From Burkholderiales bacterium (GTDB lineage: Bacteria; Pseudomonadota; Gammaproteobacteria; Burkholderiales; SG8-39), in the NCBI GenBank assembly GCA_046160305.1, contig JBJXGX010000160.1, positions 4,219-68,218 on the forward strand: 64,000 nt of DNA. The letters are read 5' to 3'. A model generated the notes under the pieces. It was not told where the DNA came from. It saw only the letters and a program-made list of their open reading frames with translations, and made no database searches. The position numbers were made by a program, and so were the translations under genes. Of this stretch, positions 38,624 to 49,521 are shown one piece after another (within the stretch, counting starts at the first letter, position 1; each line of letters opens with the position of its first letter).

Positions 38624-39604
38624 TCACTCCACCCTGACATCGTGATCCTTCACGATCTTCGCCCACTTCGCTTTCTCGGTGCTGACAAATCGTGCAAGCG
38701 CCTCGGGTGCCATCGGGATCGCCTCGGCGCCTAGATCGCTTAAGCGCTTCTTCATTTCGGGTTCGCCTAGGATTCGCAACAGCTCGCTGTTCAGCCTTGT
38801 CACCACTTCCTTTGGCGTCCCTTTGGGACCAAAGAGAGCCTGGTACTGTCCCGCGAAGAAACCCGGATAGCCGAGCTCGGCAACGGTGGGGACATCAGGG
38901 ATGAATGACAAACGGTTCGGACTCATCACTCCCAGCAGGCGAAGCTTGCCGCCTCTTACGAACGGATAGGTCGAGATCATTGCAATGGCGAGCGCATCGG
39001 CTTGACCCGATGCAACGTCGGCCAGGGCCGGGGCGCCACCTTTGTATGGAATGAACGTCCAAGTCACCCCGGCACGCGCACCCAGTTCGACACCGGCCAA
39101 ATGCGACGCGCTGCCGTTGCCAAGGTGTGCATAGTTGACCTTGCCCGGATTCGCTTTGGCGAACTCGAGAAGCTCCGCGAGGGTCTGCGCCTTGAAATTC
39201 GGATTGACCGCCACACCGTGCGGTGAATTCACGAGCATCGTGATCGGCGTGAAATCTTCGATCGGGTCGAAGGGCAGCTTCGGATACACCGCGGGTCCGA
39301 TGGTAAGTGTGCTCAGATCGGCGTGTAGGAGGGTGTAGCCATCCGCTGGCGCCTTGGCAACGAAATCGGCACCGATGTTGCCGTTCGCGCCCGGTCTGTT
39401 CTCGATCAGGAACGGCTGGCCAAGCGACTCCTGCAGTCGTGCGCTGAGGATCCTGCCGACGATATCGGTGGCGCCGCCCGCTGGGAACGTAATGACGACG
39501 CGCACGGGCTTGACGGGATAGGTTTGTGCATGCGCCGGGAAAGCACCCGTGAGGATGGCAAGGGCGAGAAAGGGCACGGCGCATCGAGTTGGTACAGTCA
39601 TCAT
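38624..39604 (-). CDS. Bug-family (TctC-like) periplasmic solute-binding protein
   Basis: 326 aa with a signal peptide followed by YPVKPVRVVITFPAGGATD. Confidence 0.9.
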   Translation of the reverse strand: MMTVPTRCAVPFLALAILTGAFPAHAQTYPVKPVRVVITFPAGGATDIVGRILSARLQESLGQPFLIENRPGANGNIGADFVAKAPADGYTLLHADLSTLTIGPAVYPKLPFDPIEDFTPITMLVNSPHGVAVNPNFKAQTLAELLEFAKANPGKVNYAHLGNGSASHLAGVELGARAGVTWTFIPYKGGAPALADVASGQADALAIAMISTYPFVRGGKLRLLGVMSPNRLSFIPDVPTVAELGYPGFFAGQYQALFGPKGTPKEVVTRLNSELLRILGEPEMKKRLSDLGAEAIPMAPEALARFVSTEKAKWAKIVKDHDVRVE

Positions 39605-39652
39605 TCTTGTCGTCCTGTTGGTGTCATGGTCGGCGCGATAGCGCCATTGGAT

Positions 39653-40480
39653 TCAGCGCCCGGTGAATCGCGGCCTTCGGTTTTCCTTGTGCGCGGCCAT
39701 CCCCTCGTCGACGTCGTGACTCCATTCGAGCTCGCGGCGTAGCTGATCGGACAACATGCGTGATGCGTGGAAACCCGGCTCCTGGCGCGCAGCGCCGATG
39801 CGTTTCGCGCCGCGTACTGCGAGGGGGCCGCTATCGCCGATCTTTCTTGCAATCGCGAGGACACCCGGCATCAGTTCTTCCGGCGGATAGATGCCCTGCA
39901 CCAGATTCAGGCGTTCCATCTCGGCCGCATCGATCGTGCGCCCGGTGCAGATGAGCTCGATCGCGCGTGCGCGGCCGACGATCATCGGCAATCGGACGGG
40001 TGCGCCCGCGCCGGGAAATCCGCCCCAGGTGGCTTCAGGCATGGTCATCGTGGCGTGCCGGGATGCGTAACGCAGATCGCAGGCCAGACACAGCTCGGCC
40101 GCGCCGGCGAGGACCTTGCCGTTGATCGCGACGATCACGATCTGCGGCAGCGCTTCGATCGCATCGAACACGCGATTGGAGCGCATGACGATCTCGATGA
40201 TCTCGTCTTTCGTGTAACTGGCCCGGATCGCCGGGTTCAGGATACCCATCGAGAAGTTGGCGGTGCCGGAGCCTGTGATGAGCACCACGTTGATCGAAGG
40301 ATCGTCGCGGAGCAGGGCGGCGATGGTGCCAAGCCGCGCCATCACCTCGGGGTTCAACCGGTTGAGATCGTCCTGACGATCAATGGTGATGGTGAGCAGA
40401 CCGGAGCACTGGCTGTCACGTTCGAGCACGAGGCCTTCCGGCGTACGCTCGCGCCCGCCTGCCGCCAGTTGGATGCTCAT
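39653..40480 (-). CDS. enoyl-CoA hydratase/isomerase (crotonase) family protein
   Basis: The likely start is the ATG at 40480, which overlaps the upstream stop by 4 nt. Crotonase fold (AINGKVLAGAAELCLACDLRYA). Confidence 0.85.
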   Translation of the reverse strand: MSIQLAAGGRERTPEGLVLERDSQCSGLLTITIDRQDDLNRLNPEVMARLGTIAALLRDDPSINVVLITGSGTANFSMGILNPAIRASYTKDEIIEIVMRSNRVFDAIEALPQIVIVAINGKVLAGAAELCLACDLRYASRHATMTMPEATWGGFPGAGAPVRLPMIVGRARAIELICTGRTIDAAEMERLNLVQGIYPPEELMPGVLAIARKIGDSGPLAVRGAKRIGAARQEPGFHASRMLSDQLRRELEWSHDVDEGMAAHKENRRPRFTGR

Positions 40481-41283
40481 TGGGTGCGCCGCATCAATTC
40501 GAGCAGCGCGGCGTTGAACGCTTGCGGATTGCACACCGTCGAAATGTGCGTCGCCCCGGGAAGCACGATATGCCGGGCGCCCGGTGTGGCATCACACATC
40601 GCCTGCACGATGTCGGGCGGCGCGCCAACGCGATCGTGTTCGCCGCTTACATACAACACCGGCATGCGAAGGGTCGACAATCGATCGGCATGGCCAAGCG
40701 TGAGAATCGCCGCGATACAGCCAAGATATCCGTCGAGCGAAGTGCGCAGGATGGCGTCACGCACCGATTTCATGGTCGCAGCGTTGGAGGCGCGAAATTC
40801 CTCGGAGAACCATCGGCCGATCGTCCTATCGGCGATCGCCGCGATGCCGTCCTTGGCAGCGGTTGCCACCAATGCGGGCCAGATGCCTTGATATTGCGGC
40901 GTCATCGTGGCGCGGCAACTCACCGGGACAAGTGCGGACACGCGATCACCATGGCGAAGCGCAAGCTCGCTCACCACGACACCGCCCAACCCGAGGCCGG
41001 CGATCGCTGATTTGCGAATGGCGAGGGCATCCCAAACGCCGATGACATCGCCCACCAATTGAATGAGCGAGTAGGGGGGCGGTGAGCTCGTCGACAAGCC
41101 GTGGCCACGGCTATCGATGCGAAGAACCCGGTAATCGGCGCTGAGCGCGGGAATCTGCGCATCCCACAACGTGTGATCGTTCGCGATGCCGGTGACGAAC
41201 GTGATCCAGGGTTTTCCTTCCGTGCCGTCGACGACGCAATTAAGACGCGCCCTGTCGACGTCGATGAGTCTGGCGATGCCCAT
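40477..41283 (-). CDS. alpha/beta hydrolase (3-oxoadipate enol-lactonase-like)
   Basis: 268 aa. The nucleophile-elbow position reads GLGLGG. Confidence 0.8.
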   Translation of the reverse strand: MGIARLIDVDRARLNCVVDGTEGKPWITFVTGIANDHTLWDAQIPALSADYRVLRIDSRGHGLSTSSPPPYSLIQLVGDVIGVWDALAIRKSAIAGLGLGGVVVSELALRHGDRVSALVPVSCRATMTPQYQGIWPALVATAAKDGIAAIADRTIGRWFSEEFRASNAATMKSVRDAILRTSLDGYLGCIAAILTLGHADRLSTLRMPVLYVSGEHDRVGAPPDIVQAMCDATPGARHIVLPGATHISTVCNPQAFNAALLELMRRTQ

Positions 41284-41312
41284 GCAGCCTCCCGTTGATC
41301 CCTACGCCGACC

Positions 41313-42590
41313 CTATGCGGCGAGATGTTGATGAACCCAATGCGCTGCCGCCAAGGTGCGCGCGTCATCATCGAGGCGGCCGATGACCTGCAGGCCGAGC
41401 GGCAACCCAGCGGGGCCCTTGCCGGCGGGAATGGCGACGCATGGCGTGTGGAGAAATGTCCATACCTGATTGAAAATCGGATTTCCTGTGGGGAAGCCTT
41501 TGGGCGCCTCGCCCGGCGCTGCAGGAGCGAGCAGTACGTCGCAGTCGCCCATTGCGTCGGGCACCATCTGCCGGCATTCGCGACCGAGCGTCTGCGCGCG
41601 ATGATAGACACCCGGATCCACTTCATAGGCGTTGCCGCATCGTTCGAACAATTCAGGCCGCAATTTTTCGCCGGACCGGTAGCACTCGTCCGCGAACGAG
41701 CGGCCGGTTTCCCACACACCCACGGCGGTCTGCGCTTCGAGCAGGCCGGTGAATCGGTCGGGCAGGGTCACTTCTATCACGATCGCGCCGGCCTTCGCGA
41801 GTTTGCTGCCGGCAGCAAGCAGGCACGCCTGCATTTCCGGGGTGGCGTGACGCCACTCGTGGGTCTTGCAAAGCCCAATGCGGGGCGTGGCGATGTGATC
41901 GGGTACCAACAACCCGCGATACGACAATACAGCGGCGACCCACAACGCAATATCAGGGACCGTGCGTGCGAAGCCGCCAACGGTATCGAGCGAATCGGCG
42001 CTATTCCAGACACCCTTCTTCGGGATCAAGTTATAGGTCGGCTTATATGCAACGACCCCGCAGAAGGAACCCGGTCGGATCGTCGAGCCGAGCGTCTGCG
42101 TTCCGGTCGCCAACGGCAACATGAAATCGGCCACCGCGGCAGCCGATCCGGATGACGATCCGCCCGGGGTATGTTCAATGTTGTGCGGATTGCGCGTTTC
42201 ATTGGGTGGAAACGTCGCGAGCTCGGTCGTCACGGTCTTGCCGAGAATGATGCCGCCGGCGCGTCGCGTCGCGGCAACGCACGCCGCATCGAGTGAAGTC
42301 TTGAGACCGGTATAGACCTTCGATCCGCCCTGGGTGGGCATGTCGTAGGTCTCGAAGATGTCTTTGACGCCGATCGGCAGCCCATGGAGCATGCCTTTGA
42401 CCGGCCCCGAATCGAGCAGCTTGGCGGCGGCCAGCGCCTGCTCACGGCCAAGATAGGCAAAGGCCCGAACGCTCGGATCGCGTTCATCAATCCGCTCGAG
42501 CAAGGCGCGAACATATTGTTGCGCGGTGATCTCTCGCTGCGCGAGTTTCCTGGCAGCGTCGATGGCGCTGAGACGAATGAGGTCTTTCAT
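41313..42590 (-). CDS. amidase (amidase-signature family)
   Basis: 425 aa. Contains the GGSSSGSAAAVA signature. Confidence 0.9.
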   Translation of the reverse strand: MKDLIRLSAIDAARKLAQREITAQQYVRALLERIDERDPSVRAFAYLGREQALAAAKLLDSGPVKGMLHGLPIGVKDIFETYDMPTQGGSKVYTGLKTSLDAACVAATRRAGGIILGKTVTTELATFPPNETRNPHNIEHTPGGSSSGSAAAVADFMLPLATGTQTLGSTIRPGSFCGVVAYKPTYNLIPKKGVWNSADSLDTVGGFARTVPDIALWVAAVLSYRGLLVPDHIATPRIGLCKTHEWRHATPEMQACLLAAGSKLAKAGAIVIEVTLPDRFTGLLEAQTAVGVWETGRSFADECYRSGEKLRPELFERCGNAYEVDPGVYHRAQTLGRECRQMVPDAMGDCDVLLAPAAPGEAPKGFPTGNPIFNQVWTFLHTPCVAIPAGKGPAGLPLGLQVIGRLDDDARTLAAAHWVHQHLAA

Positions 42591-42605
42591 GGATGCCTTT
42601 CGTAG

Positions 42606-43871
42606 TTATCGGAGGCCGGACGATTGGGAATGGGCACTCGCCGCGGCCGACAACTCGCGAACACCGGCGAGCGGCGCACCCATCTCGCTCATGACCTTGA
42701 GCGGATCCTGATGCAATTCGTTCGGGGCGCGTTGCGCGAGCGGCTTCAGTTGCGCCTCTAAATACGCGCCGAGTCGACGGCCGCGGGCAACCAACCCGCT
42801 GCCGAAGCGCCGGCGCTCGATATCATAGCGAGTGAGTGCGGCATCGATGGTGGGCGACTCCACCAGCGCGGCCGCCAGTGTTCTGGCATCGAGCGCGGCC
42901 TTGGTGATGCCCGCGCCGACGTGCGGTCGCGCGACGAAGGCCGCATCGCCAAGCAGAACTGCACGGCCAAACACGAGCTGTGGTGATTCCAGATCGAAGA
43001 TTGGTTGAAAGAATAATTGCTTGGTGCGATGGATGGTTTCCGCGATCTGCGGGGCGAGCAGGCGGTCCGCGCTTGCCCGGGTCGCGGCGAGTACGTCCGT
43101 GCGGATCAGCGGTGGCGGAATGGCCAGACCATGTTGATGGCCGGTCGCGTCGGTGCACAGATCGGGAAGCATGTGGACCGGGTCGACCGGGCGATACCAG
43201 ACGAAATTCATCGCGCGATGTCCGGGTCGCGTATCGTCGCCGACACCCGGGACCGGATAGGCGAGCAGCACCTCGCCATCGGGCAGGCAGAACGTATAGC
43301 GATGAAACAGCGCCGCGTGCGAGGCAGGCGAGAAATCGGCCTCATCGACCAGGCCGCGCCATGCGACATAGCCGGCGTACCGAGGTTGGACTTCGGGCAT
43401 GAATTGTTCGCGCACGGTCGAGCGAATTCCGTCGGCACCGATGAGCAGATCGGCGACCTCGTGCGATCCGTCCGCGAAACACGCGTGGACGCGATCCCCG
43501 TGCAACTCGACACGCGCAAGCTTCGCGTTGAATCGACTGCGTTCGGCGGGAAACGCATCTTTCAACGGACGATAGATGCGTGCCCATGCGCTCATCGTCT
43601 GCGGCATCGGGATGCGATGACTCACCTGTCCGGCGCGATCGAGGCATACCCGTTCGTGCAAGGCGATGCCAAGATCGGGATCAACCGGGACGCCGATTTC
43701 ACGCATCACGTCAAACAGCTCGCTATGCGTGCCGATCCCTGCGCCGCGGGTCGCCAGATCGTCGGCCGATCGCTCGAAGACACACACGTCCCAACCAATC
43801 CGCAGCAACGTGTGCGCTGCGAACAGGCCGCCCAGCGAGCCGCCGATGACGAGCGCGCGTCCGCCCTTCAT
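42606..43871 (-). CDS. FAD-dependent aromatic/heterocycle monooxygenase (group A flavoprotein)
   Basis: 421 aa. The N-terminal dinucleotide motif is ALVIGGSLGGLFAA. GDAAF lies downstream. The start overlaps the upstream stop by 4 nt. Confidence 0.85.
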   Translation of the reverse strand: MKGGRALVIGGSLGGLFAAHTLLRIGWDVCVFERSADDLATRGAGIGTHSELFDVMREIGVPVDPDLGIALHERVCLDRAGQVSHRIPMPQTMSAWARIYRPLKDAFPAERSRFNAKLARVELHGDRVHACFADGSHEVADLLIGADGIRSTVREQFMPEVQPRYAGYVAWRGLVDEADFSPASHAALFHRYTFCLPDGEVLLAYPVPGVGDDTRPGHRAMNFVWYRPVDPVHMLPDLCTDATGHQHGLAIPPPLIRTDVLAATRASADRLLAPQIAETIHRTKQLFFQPIFDLESPQLVFGRAVLLGDAAFVARPHVGAGITKAALDARTLAAALVESPTIDAALTRYDIERRRFGSGLVARGRRLGAYLEAQLKPLAQRAPNELHQDPLKVMSEMGAPLAGVRELSAAASAHSQSSGLR

Positions 43872-44734
43872 TTCCCTGGTTTCGCGCCGGGTGCGCCTTT
43901 CAGCAGCAAGCCACGAATTTCATCGAGCGTCGGATCACTGCGTGCCTCCTTGCACGCGCTCAAACGCGCATAGAGATCGGCGCTCGCCAGGTGGAATCCA
44001 TCGGGTAGGCCGGCGCTGTGGAAGCTTGCCGCGATTTCTTCCATTTCCGCGATCCAACGCCAAGCCTTGCGTGCACTGGCCGTAATCGCCGTCGAGCGCT
44101 TGACCAGATCGGATTGGCTTTCACCCCATTCGTTGAGGAGAACCTCATCAATGCCTTCATGCGCGGCCAATGTTCGAATGTTCCCGAGCAACGCAATGGA
44201 CCCTTTCGTCCAGGCCGCATAACACGCCTTCACGGCCGACGCCGCGCCCACCGGCTGTTTGAGCACGATGGTTCCAAGCGCCGTACCGGCAAACAGTTCA
44301 GCGACCCGTTCTGCCTCGTTGCCGGCGAGATAGAGACGCGTACGAACGCCTTGCCGCGGCGGCGGTCCGATGATTCCCCCGTCGACGAATGTGCCGCCCG
44401 CGGCGACGACGACTTCACCGATGGCACGCGAGGTGGCCGGTGCGATGGCATTGGCATCGACATAGAGGCCCTTGAATCCCGCCGCGACGGCGGAATGTGC
44501 GAGGTCGAGCGCCGCGTGCGGTGGGCAGACCGACAAGATGATCCGGCTGTCCCGGATGGTGGATCGCAAACTGCCGCCGTCGTGCAAGGCGGCCGCTTTG
44601 GCACGCGCCAAGGTTTCGTTGCTCCGACCCTCTGATGCGAACATGACGCGCATATTGCGTGCTGCGAGGCAGCCACCGATCGCAGCCCCCATTTCGCCAG
44701 GATGCAACAACGCTACGAGAGGTTCACTCATCAT
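43868..44734 (-). CDS. NAD(P)-binding dehydrogenase (6-phosphogluconate dehydrogenase NAD-binding-like, DUF1932-type)
   Basis: 288 aa. N-terminal VALLHPGEMGAAIG. First gene of a six-gene minus-strand run. Confidence 0.65.
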   Translation of the reverse strand: MMSEPLVALLHPGEMGAAIGGCLAARNMRVMFASEGRSNETLARAKAAALHDGGSLRSTIRDSRIILSVCPPHAALDLAHSAVAAGFKGLYVDANAIAPATSRAIGEVVVAAGGTFVDGGIIGPPPRQGVRTRLYLAGNEAERVAELFAGTALGTIVLKQPVGAASAVKACYAAWTKGSIALLGNIRTLAAHEGIDEVLLNEWGESQSDLVKRSTAITASARKAWRWIAEMEEIAASFHSAGLPDGFHLASADLYARLSACKEARSDPTLDEIRGLLLKGAPGAKPGK

Positions 44735-44945
44735 CGGCTCCGGGGTGTTCGCTGGACCGATCGGGCGAAGGCATGGTCGACATCGTCACCACGCAGCCCG
44801 ACGGCAGGGCGAGTGTACTGCGTGTGGTTCGATGCGTGGGGAACGGCGCCCGGCCCACCGGCCTGCGTCGCGGATCCCGAAGACATTGCCGCGAGGCGCT
44901 CCGAAAACCGCGCTCGCCGACAACGCTTACAATAATGGTGCCGAG

Positions 44946-45032
44946 AAGAGGACTCGAACCTCCACACCCTTGCGGGCGCTAGGACCTGAACCTAGTGCGT
45001 CTACCAATTCCGCCATCTCGGCGCTACGGGGC
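44946..45032 (-). tRNA. tRNA-Leu (anticodon CAG)
   Basis: The reverse complement reads GCCGAGATGGCGGAATTGGTAGACGCACTAGGTTCAGGTCCTAG...GGTTCGAGTCCTCTTCTCGGCACCA. It has a 7-bp acceptor stem, anticodon loop TTCAGGT, a long variable arm and an encoded CCA. Confidence 0.95.
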
Positions 45033-45202
45033 TGGCATCACGATTCGACGAACTCTCTTCGCCCAACTGTGCGCCATCTTGCGAATCAAGTGCGAACGTC
45101 TTGCGAAGCCATCGCAAACCAACGGGATCAAGAACACGGTCCCTTGGCATGGACCGACTCGCGAGAACGGCCTCGGTAGAGGTCGTCGATTGATCGCGAG
45201 TA

Positions 45203-47464
45203 TTGCCAGTCCGAACGATAACTTCAGGAAGCCGCGGCCCCAAAGCAGCCGCGCATTCTAAGAAAGAAAAGAAAGCTGTGTCAACGAAACGAAGTAATTC
45301 CCTTCCGAAGGCAGTACAAATACGGGGTCAAAGGCCGGTGCGGCCCGAAGTTGATCGCTCGCTCGTGACGATTCCGTCGCGCGAGGCGATCCTCGAAGCC
45401 CTTACGCGCGATTCAATTCCGCTTGCCGAGGCCGACCTTGCCGATCGAATGGGCGTTCCCGAGGACGCCCGCGAAGTGCTGCATCGGCGCGTCAACGCGA
45501 TGGCGCGCGATGGCCAGATCCTGCGCAACCGCAAGGGTGCCCTCCTGATCGCGGAAAAGCTCGATCTCATCAGCGGGCGGGTCAGCGGTCATCCGGACGG
45601 CCACGGCTCCGCGTCGGGGGATGATGGTCATGAATATGTGCTCGCGCCGCGTGAGATGAACCAGGTTCTCCATGGCGATCGTGTTTTGCTCCGCCCAACC
45701 GGGATCGATCGGCGTGGTCGCCGCGAAGGGGTCATTGTCGAGGTGCTCGAGCGGGCGCAGAAGCGGATCGTCGGGCGCTTTCACCGCGAGCACGGCGTGT
45801 TCTTCGTGGTTGCCTCCGATCGGCGCATCAGCCAGGACATCCTGATTCAGCCGGAAGGCGTGGGCAACGCGAAATCCAACCAGGTCGTGACGGTGGAGTT
45901 GGTCGAGCAGCCATCGCGGAACATGCAACCGATCGGGCGCGTCGTCGAGGTGCTGGGACATGCGACCGATCCCGGCATGGAAATCGAGATCGCTCTTCGC
46001 AAGCACCAGTTGCCGTTCGAGTTTTCAGCGGCGGCGATCCGCCGGGCGGAACGGTTCACCGAGGGGCTTCGCCCTGCGGAGCGAAGTGGCCGCGTCGATC
46101 TGACCGCGACGCCGCTTGTGACGATCGACGGTGAGACGGCGCGCGATTTCGACGATGCCGTGTTCGCCGAGCGGGACGGGCGCGGCTATCGATTGCTGGT
46201 CGCGATCGCCGATGTCAGCCACTATGTCCGTCCGGGCGAGGCGCTCGATCGTGAAGCGCGCGAGCGTGGCACATCGGTCTACTTCCCGCGCCGAGTGATT
46301 CCAATGCTGCCTGAACATCTCTCGAACGGTCTTTGCTCCCTCAACCCGCAGGTCGAACGCCTCGCGTTGGTCTGCGAGATGGCGGTCACGAAGGCGGGGC
46401 GGGTCGGCGCGCACAAGTTCTACCCGGCGATCATTCGTTCCGTGGCGCGCTTGACCTATACGCAGGTCGCGGAAGCACTCTATGCGGAGAAGAAAGGCGT
46501 GGCGGGGTTGCCCGTGATGGATCCGGATCTGATCCCGCATCTGCACTGTCTCGACGAGGTGTTTCGCAGCCTGTTCAATGCCCGCAAGCAGCGCGGCGCG
46601 ATCGAGTTCGAGTCGGGCGAAACCGAGCTCGAATTCGATGAGGACGGCAAGATCAAAGGCATCAAAGCGATCGTGCGCAATGATGCACACCGCCTGATCG
46701 AGGAATGCATGCTCGCGGCCAATGTGTGCGCCGCGACGTTCCTCGAGGAAAACGAGCAGAAGCTGCTCTATCGGGTGCATGAGGGTCCCACGCCGGAAAA
46801 ACTCGATAATCTGCGTGAGTTCCTGCGTGGCTTCAACCTGGGCATGCCGGGCGGCGATAAGCCGAACTCCAAGGACTACGCGCGCTTGATGGACGCGATC
46901 AAGGATCGCCCCGACCGATCACTCCTGCAGACCGTTCTGCTTCGATCCATGCGACAGGCGGTGTATAGCCCCGACAACGAGGGCCACTTCGGCCTTGCTT
47001 ATCCGGCGTACGCGCATTTCACGTCGCCAATCCGGCGCTACCCGGACCTGCTGGTCCATCGCGCCATCAAGGCGGTGCTTGCGGGGGAACGTTACGAACC
47101 CGGCGACTGGCGCTCGCTCGGGGAGCATGCGTCCCTCACCGAACGCCGTGCCGATGAGGCGTCGCGCGATGTGGTGCAGTGGCTGAAGTGCTTCTTCATG
47201 AAAGACCGGGTGAACGAGGAGTTCGAAGGAACGATCAGCGCGGTCACCGGATTCGGCATCTTCGTCCAGCTCGAGTCGCTTCACGTCGAAGGCCTCGTGC
47301 ATATCTCCGAGCTTGGCAACGACTACTTTCATTTCGATCAGGCCCGCCATGAGCTGCGGGGCGAACGTGGCCTGCATACGTATCGGTTGTCAGGAAAAGT
47401 TCGCGTTCGGGTCGCGCATGTCGACCTCGATCTCGCGCGCATCGATTTCCGGCTTGCGGATTGA
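45203..47464 (+). CDS. rnr: ribonuclease R
   Basis: 753 aa with an RNB catalytic core ([14 protein letters not shown]) and a C-terminal S1 domain. The start is uncertain: TTG 45203 or GTG 45278. Confidence 0.9.
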   Translation: MPVRTITSGSRGPKAAAHSKKEKKAVSTKRSNSLPKAVQIRGQRPVRPEVDRSLVTIPSREAILEALTRDSIPLAEADLADRMGVPEDAREVLHRRVNAMARDGQILRNRKGALLIAEKLDLISGRVSGHPDGHGSASGDDGHEYVLAPREMNQVLHGDRVLLRPTGIDRRGRREGVIVEVLERAQKRIVGRFHREHGVFFVVASDRRISQDILIQPEGVGNAKSNQVVTVELVEQPSRNMQPIGRVVEVLGHATDPGMEIEIALRKHQLPFEFSAAAIRRAERFTEGLRPAERSGRVDLTATPLVTIDGETARDFDDAVFAERDGRGYRLLVAIADVSHYVRPGEALDREARERGTSVYFPRRVIPMLPEHLSNGLCSLNPQVERLALVCEMAVTKAGRVGAHKFYPAIIRSVARLTYTQVAEALYAEKKGVAGLPVMDPDLIPHLHCLDEVFRSLFNARKQRGAIEFESGETELEFDEDGKIKGIKAIVRNDAHRLIEECMLAANVCAATFLEENEQKLLYRVHEGPTPEKLDNLREFLRGFNLGMPGGDKPNSKDYARLMDAIKDRPDRSLLQTVLLRSMRQAVYSPDNEGHFGLAYPAYAHFTSPIRRYPDLLVHRAIKAVLAGERYEPGDWRSLGEHASLTERRADEASRDVVQWLKCFFMKDRVNEEFEGTISAVTGFGIFVQLESLHVEGLVHISELGNDYFHFDQARHELRGERGLHTYRLSGKVRVRVAHVDLDLARIDFRLAD

Positions 47465-47466
47465 CA

Positions 47467-48207
47467 ATGGCGCGATCCTATCTTTACGGTTTTCATGCGG
47501 TGACGGGGCGGCTGCGGGGCGCCCCGTCGAGCGTCGCCGAAATTTACATGGACGCCGCGCGCAGCGATCCGCGCGCGAAAGCGCTGGTGCAATTGGCGGC
47601 TGAAAAGGGGGTGCGCGTCATGCAGGTGGAGGCGGCGCGGATCGATGGATTCGCACGCGGCGCCCGTCACCAAGGCGTCGCGGCGAGCGTCGAGTCGGTG
47701 CTACCCACGAGCAAATCGCTCGACGACCTGCTCGATGGGATCACCGATCCGCCCCTGTTGCTCGTATTGGATGGCGTCACGGATCCGCACAACCTGGGGG
47801 CGTGCCTGCGCGTCGCTGATGGCGCTGGCGTGCATGCGGTCATCGCACCCAAGGATCGCGCCTGCGGGGTCAACGCGACCGTCTCGAAAGTCGCAAGCGG
47901 CGCGGCAGAGGTCGTTCCCTATTTCATGGTCACGAATCTGGCTCGAACGCTCGTGGAGTTGAAGGAGCGTGGGATCTGGATCATCGGGACGATGGATGAT
48001 GCCGCCGACGGTCTCTACGATGCTGACTTCCCAGCCAGTGCCGCATGGGTCTTTGGCGCCGAGGGTGAAGGGATGCGGCGCCTCACCCGCGAGAAGTGCG
48101 ATCTTCGGGTCCGTATCCCGATGCATGGATCGGTCGAAAGCCTGAATGTTTCGGTTGCGGTTGGCGTGTGTCTGTTCGAAGCGCGGCGTCGCAGAGGTGC
48201 GGTCTGA
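47467..48207 (+). CDS. rlmB: 23S rRNA (guanosine-2'-O)-methyltransferase RlmB (SpoU/TrmH family)
   Basis: ATG at 47467 ([12 protein letters not shown]). Contains the SpoU motifs [18 protein letters not shown] and SLNVSVA. The position after rnr is conserved. Confidence 0.9.
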   Translation: MARSYLYGFHAVTGRLRGAPSSVAEIYMDAARSDPRAKALVQLAAEKGVRVMQVEAARIDGFARGARHQGVAASVESVLPTSKSLDDLLDGITDPPLLLVLDGVTDPHNLGACLRVADGAGVHAVIAPKDRACGVNATVSKVASGAAEVVPYFMVTNLARTLVELKERGIWIIGTMDDAADGLYDADFPASAAWVFGAEGEGMRRLTREKCDLRVRIPMHGSVESLNVSVAVGVCLFEARRRRGAV

Positions 48208-48280
48208 GTGATGAGCACGCTGCAGGAAGGGGCTGGGACGCCCCGGCACCGGCCTTCACCGGATGTCTATCGTTGAAGTA

Positions 48281-48310
48281 TTGCAGGCAACCGTCTGATC
48301 GCATTACAAT
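48281..48310 (+). promoter_or_regulatory. candidate sigma70 promoter of the rpsF operon (TTGCAG-18-TACAAT)
   Basis: TTGCAG at 48281-48286 and TACAAT at 48305-48310. This leaves a leader of about 130 nt before rpsF. Confidence 0.4.
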
Positions 48311-48447
48311 TGCAGGTTCTTCGCGGCCGCACGCGGCTGCGTAGTTGTTCGACGGCCCGTTGTTCGCGACGATCGGACTCGATCCTTCCTTGCCTCACCA
48401 TGCCCACCCCGTGGGCAATTCGGGAGGCGTTACCCATAAGGAGCATT

Positions 48448-48894
48448 ATGCGTCACTACGAAATCGTATTTATTGTTCATCCCGATCAAAGCGAGCAGGT
48501 GCCCGCGATGATCGAGCGTTACCGGCAAACGGTAACGTCGCGCGGCGGCACGATGCATCGCCTCGAAGACTGGGGTCGGCGCCAGCTTGCTTTCCCGCTC
48601 GACAAGATCCACAAGGCCCACTACGTGCTCATGAATGTCGAGTGCGACAACGAGGCCCTTGGCGAACTCGAGCATTCGTTCAAATTCAGCGACGCGGTAT
48701 TGCGCCACCTCACCATCAAGATGAAGGCTGCCGTCACGACGCCCTCGCCGATGATGAAAGACGAGAAGGCGCGTTCTGTCCTGCATGGTGACGTTGCGAA
48801 GCCCGCGGAGGCGGCGCCCGTTGCCGCGGTGGTCGAACCGGCACCTGCGCCCGCTGCGCCCGCTGTGGTCGCGGCGGTCGCGAGTCCCGCGTAG
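48448..48894 (+). CDS. rpsF: 30S ribosomal protein S6
   Basis: Starts [18 protein letters not shown], preceded by AAGGAG. It has an Ala/Pro-rich C-terminal tail. Confidence 0.95.
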   Translation: MRHYEIVFIVHPDQSEQVPAMIERYRQTVTSRGGTMHRLEDWGRRQLAFPLDKIHKAHYVLMNVECDNEALGELEHSFKFSDAVLRHLTIKMKAAVTTPSPMMKDEKARSVLHGDVAKPAEAAPVAAVVEPAPAPAAPAVVAAVASPA

Positions 48895-48896
48895 GC

Positions 48897-49196
48897 TTGA
48901 CCGCAGCGAACCGGCTCATCCTGAGTGGGCGTGTTGTCGAGCTGGAATCGCTCCGCTACACACCCGCTGGCATCGCGATCGTGCGCTTCAAGATCGAGCA
49001 CGATTCGGAGCAGGTCGAGGCGGGCGCGGTCCGGCAACTGCACATGGAAATCGCGTGCGTGGCAACCGAAACGATGGCACATCTGGTGTCTGCGGCGCGG
49101 CTCGGATCATCCATCCGGGTCGAGGGATTCATCGCGCACCGTAGCAAGTCGCATCGGGGAATCGAGCTCCACGCCCTGAATATTCAATTCGAATAA
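48897..49196 (+). CDS. priB: primosomal replication protein N (PriB)
   Basis: 99-aa OB-fold protein between rpsF and rpsR. It uses a TTG start 2 nt after the rpsF stop. Confidence 0.85.
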   Translation: MTAANRLILSGRVVELESLRYTPAGIAIVRFKIEHDSEQVEAGAVRQLHMEIACVATETMAHLVSAARLGSSIRVEGFIAHRSKSHRGIELHALNIQFE

Positions 49197-49205
49197 GGAA
49201 TCATC

Positions 49206-49505
49206 ATGGCAACATTTGGACGAGGCCCATCCAAGGGCAAAGCAGGTGCGAAGGGCGGGCGCAAGGACAATCGCACGCGCGAGAAGGGGCTGTTCCGGCG
49301 TCGCAAGTTCTGTCGCTTCACCGCTGAGAAGATCCTTTGGATCGACTACAAGGACATCGACATCCTGAAGGATTTCGTCAACGAGAACGGAAAGATCATG
49401 CCGGCGCGCATCACGGGCACCAAAGCGGGGTACCAGCGCCAATTGTCGATCGCGATCAAGCGGGCGCGCTTCCTCGCGTTGATTCCGTATACGGACCTCC
49501 ACTGA
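49206..49505 (+). CDS. rpsR: 30S ribosomal protein S18
   Basis: Contains FRRRKFCRF...IDYKD...ITG...Q..L..AIKRAR, all typical of S18. Confidence 0.95.
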   Translation: MATFGRGPSKGKAGAKGGRKDNRTREKGLFRRRKFCRFTAEKILWIDYKDIDILKDFVNENGKIMPARITGTKAGYQRQLSIAIKRARFLALIPYTDLH

Positions 49506-49521
49506 GCGAAGGCGCGTACCC

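Noticed and set aside
44735-45202. tRNA-Leu as an integration hotspot for a genomic island
   Set aside because: No integrase gene, no direct repeat of the tRNA 3' end and no compositional break was visible on either side within the window.
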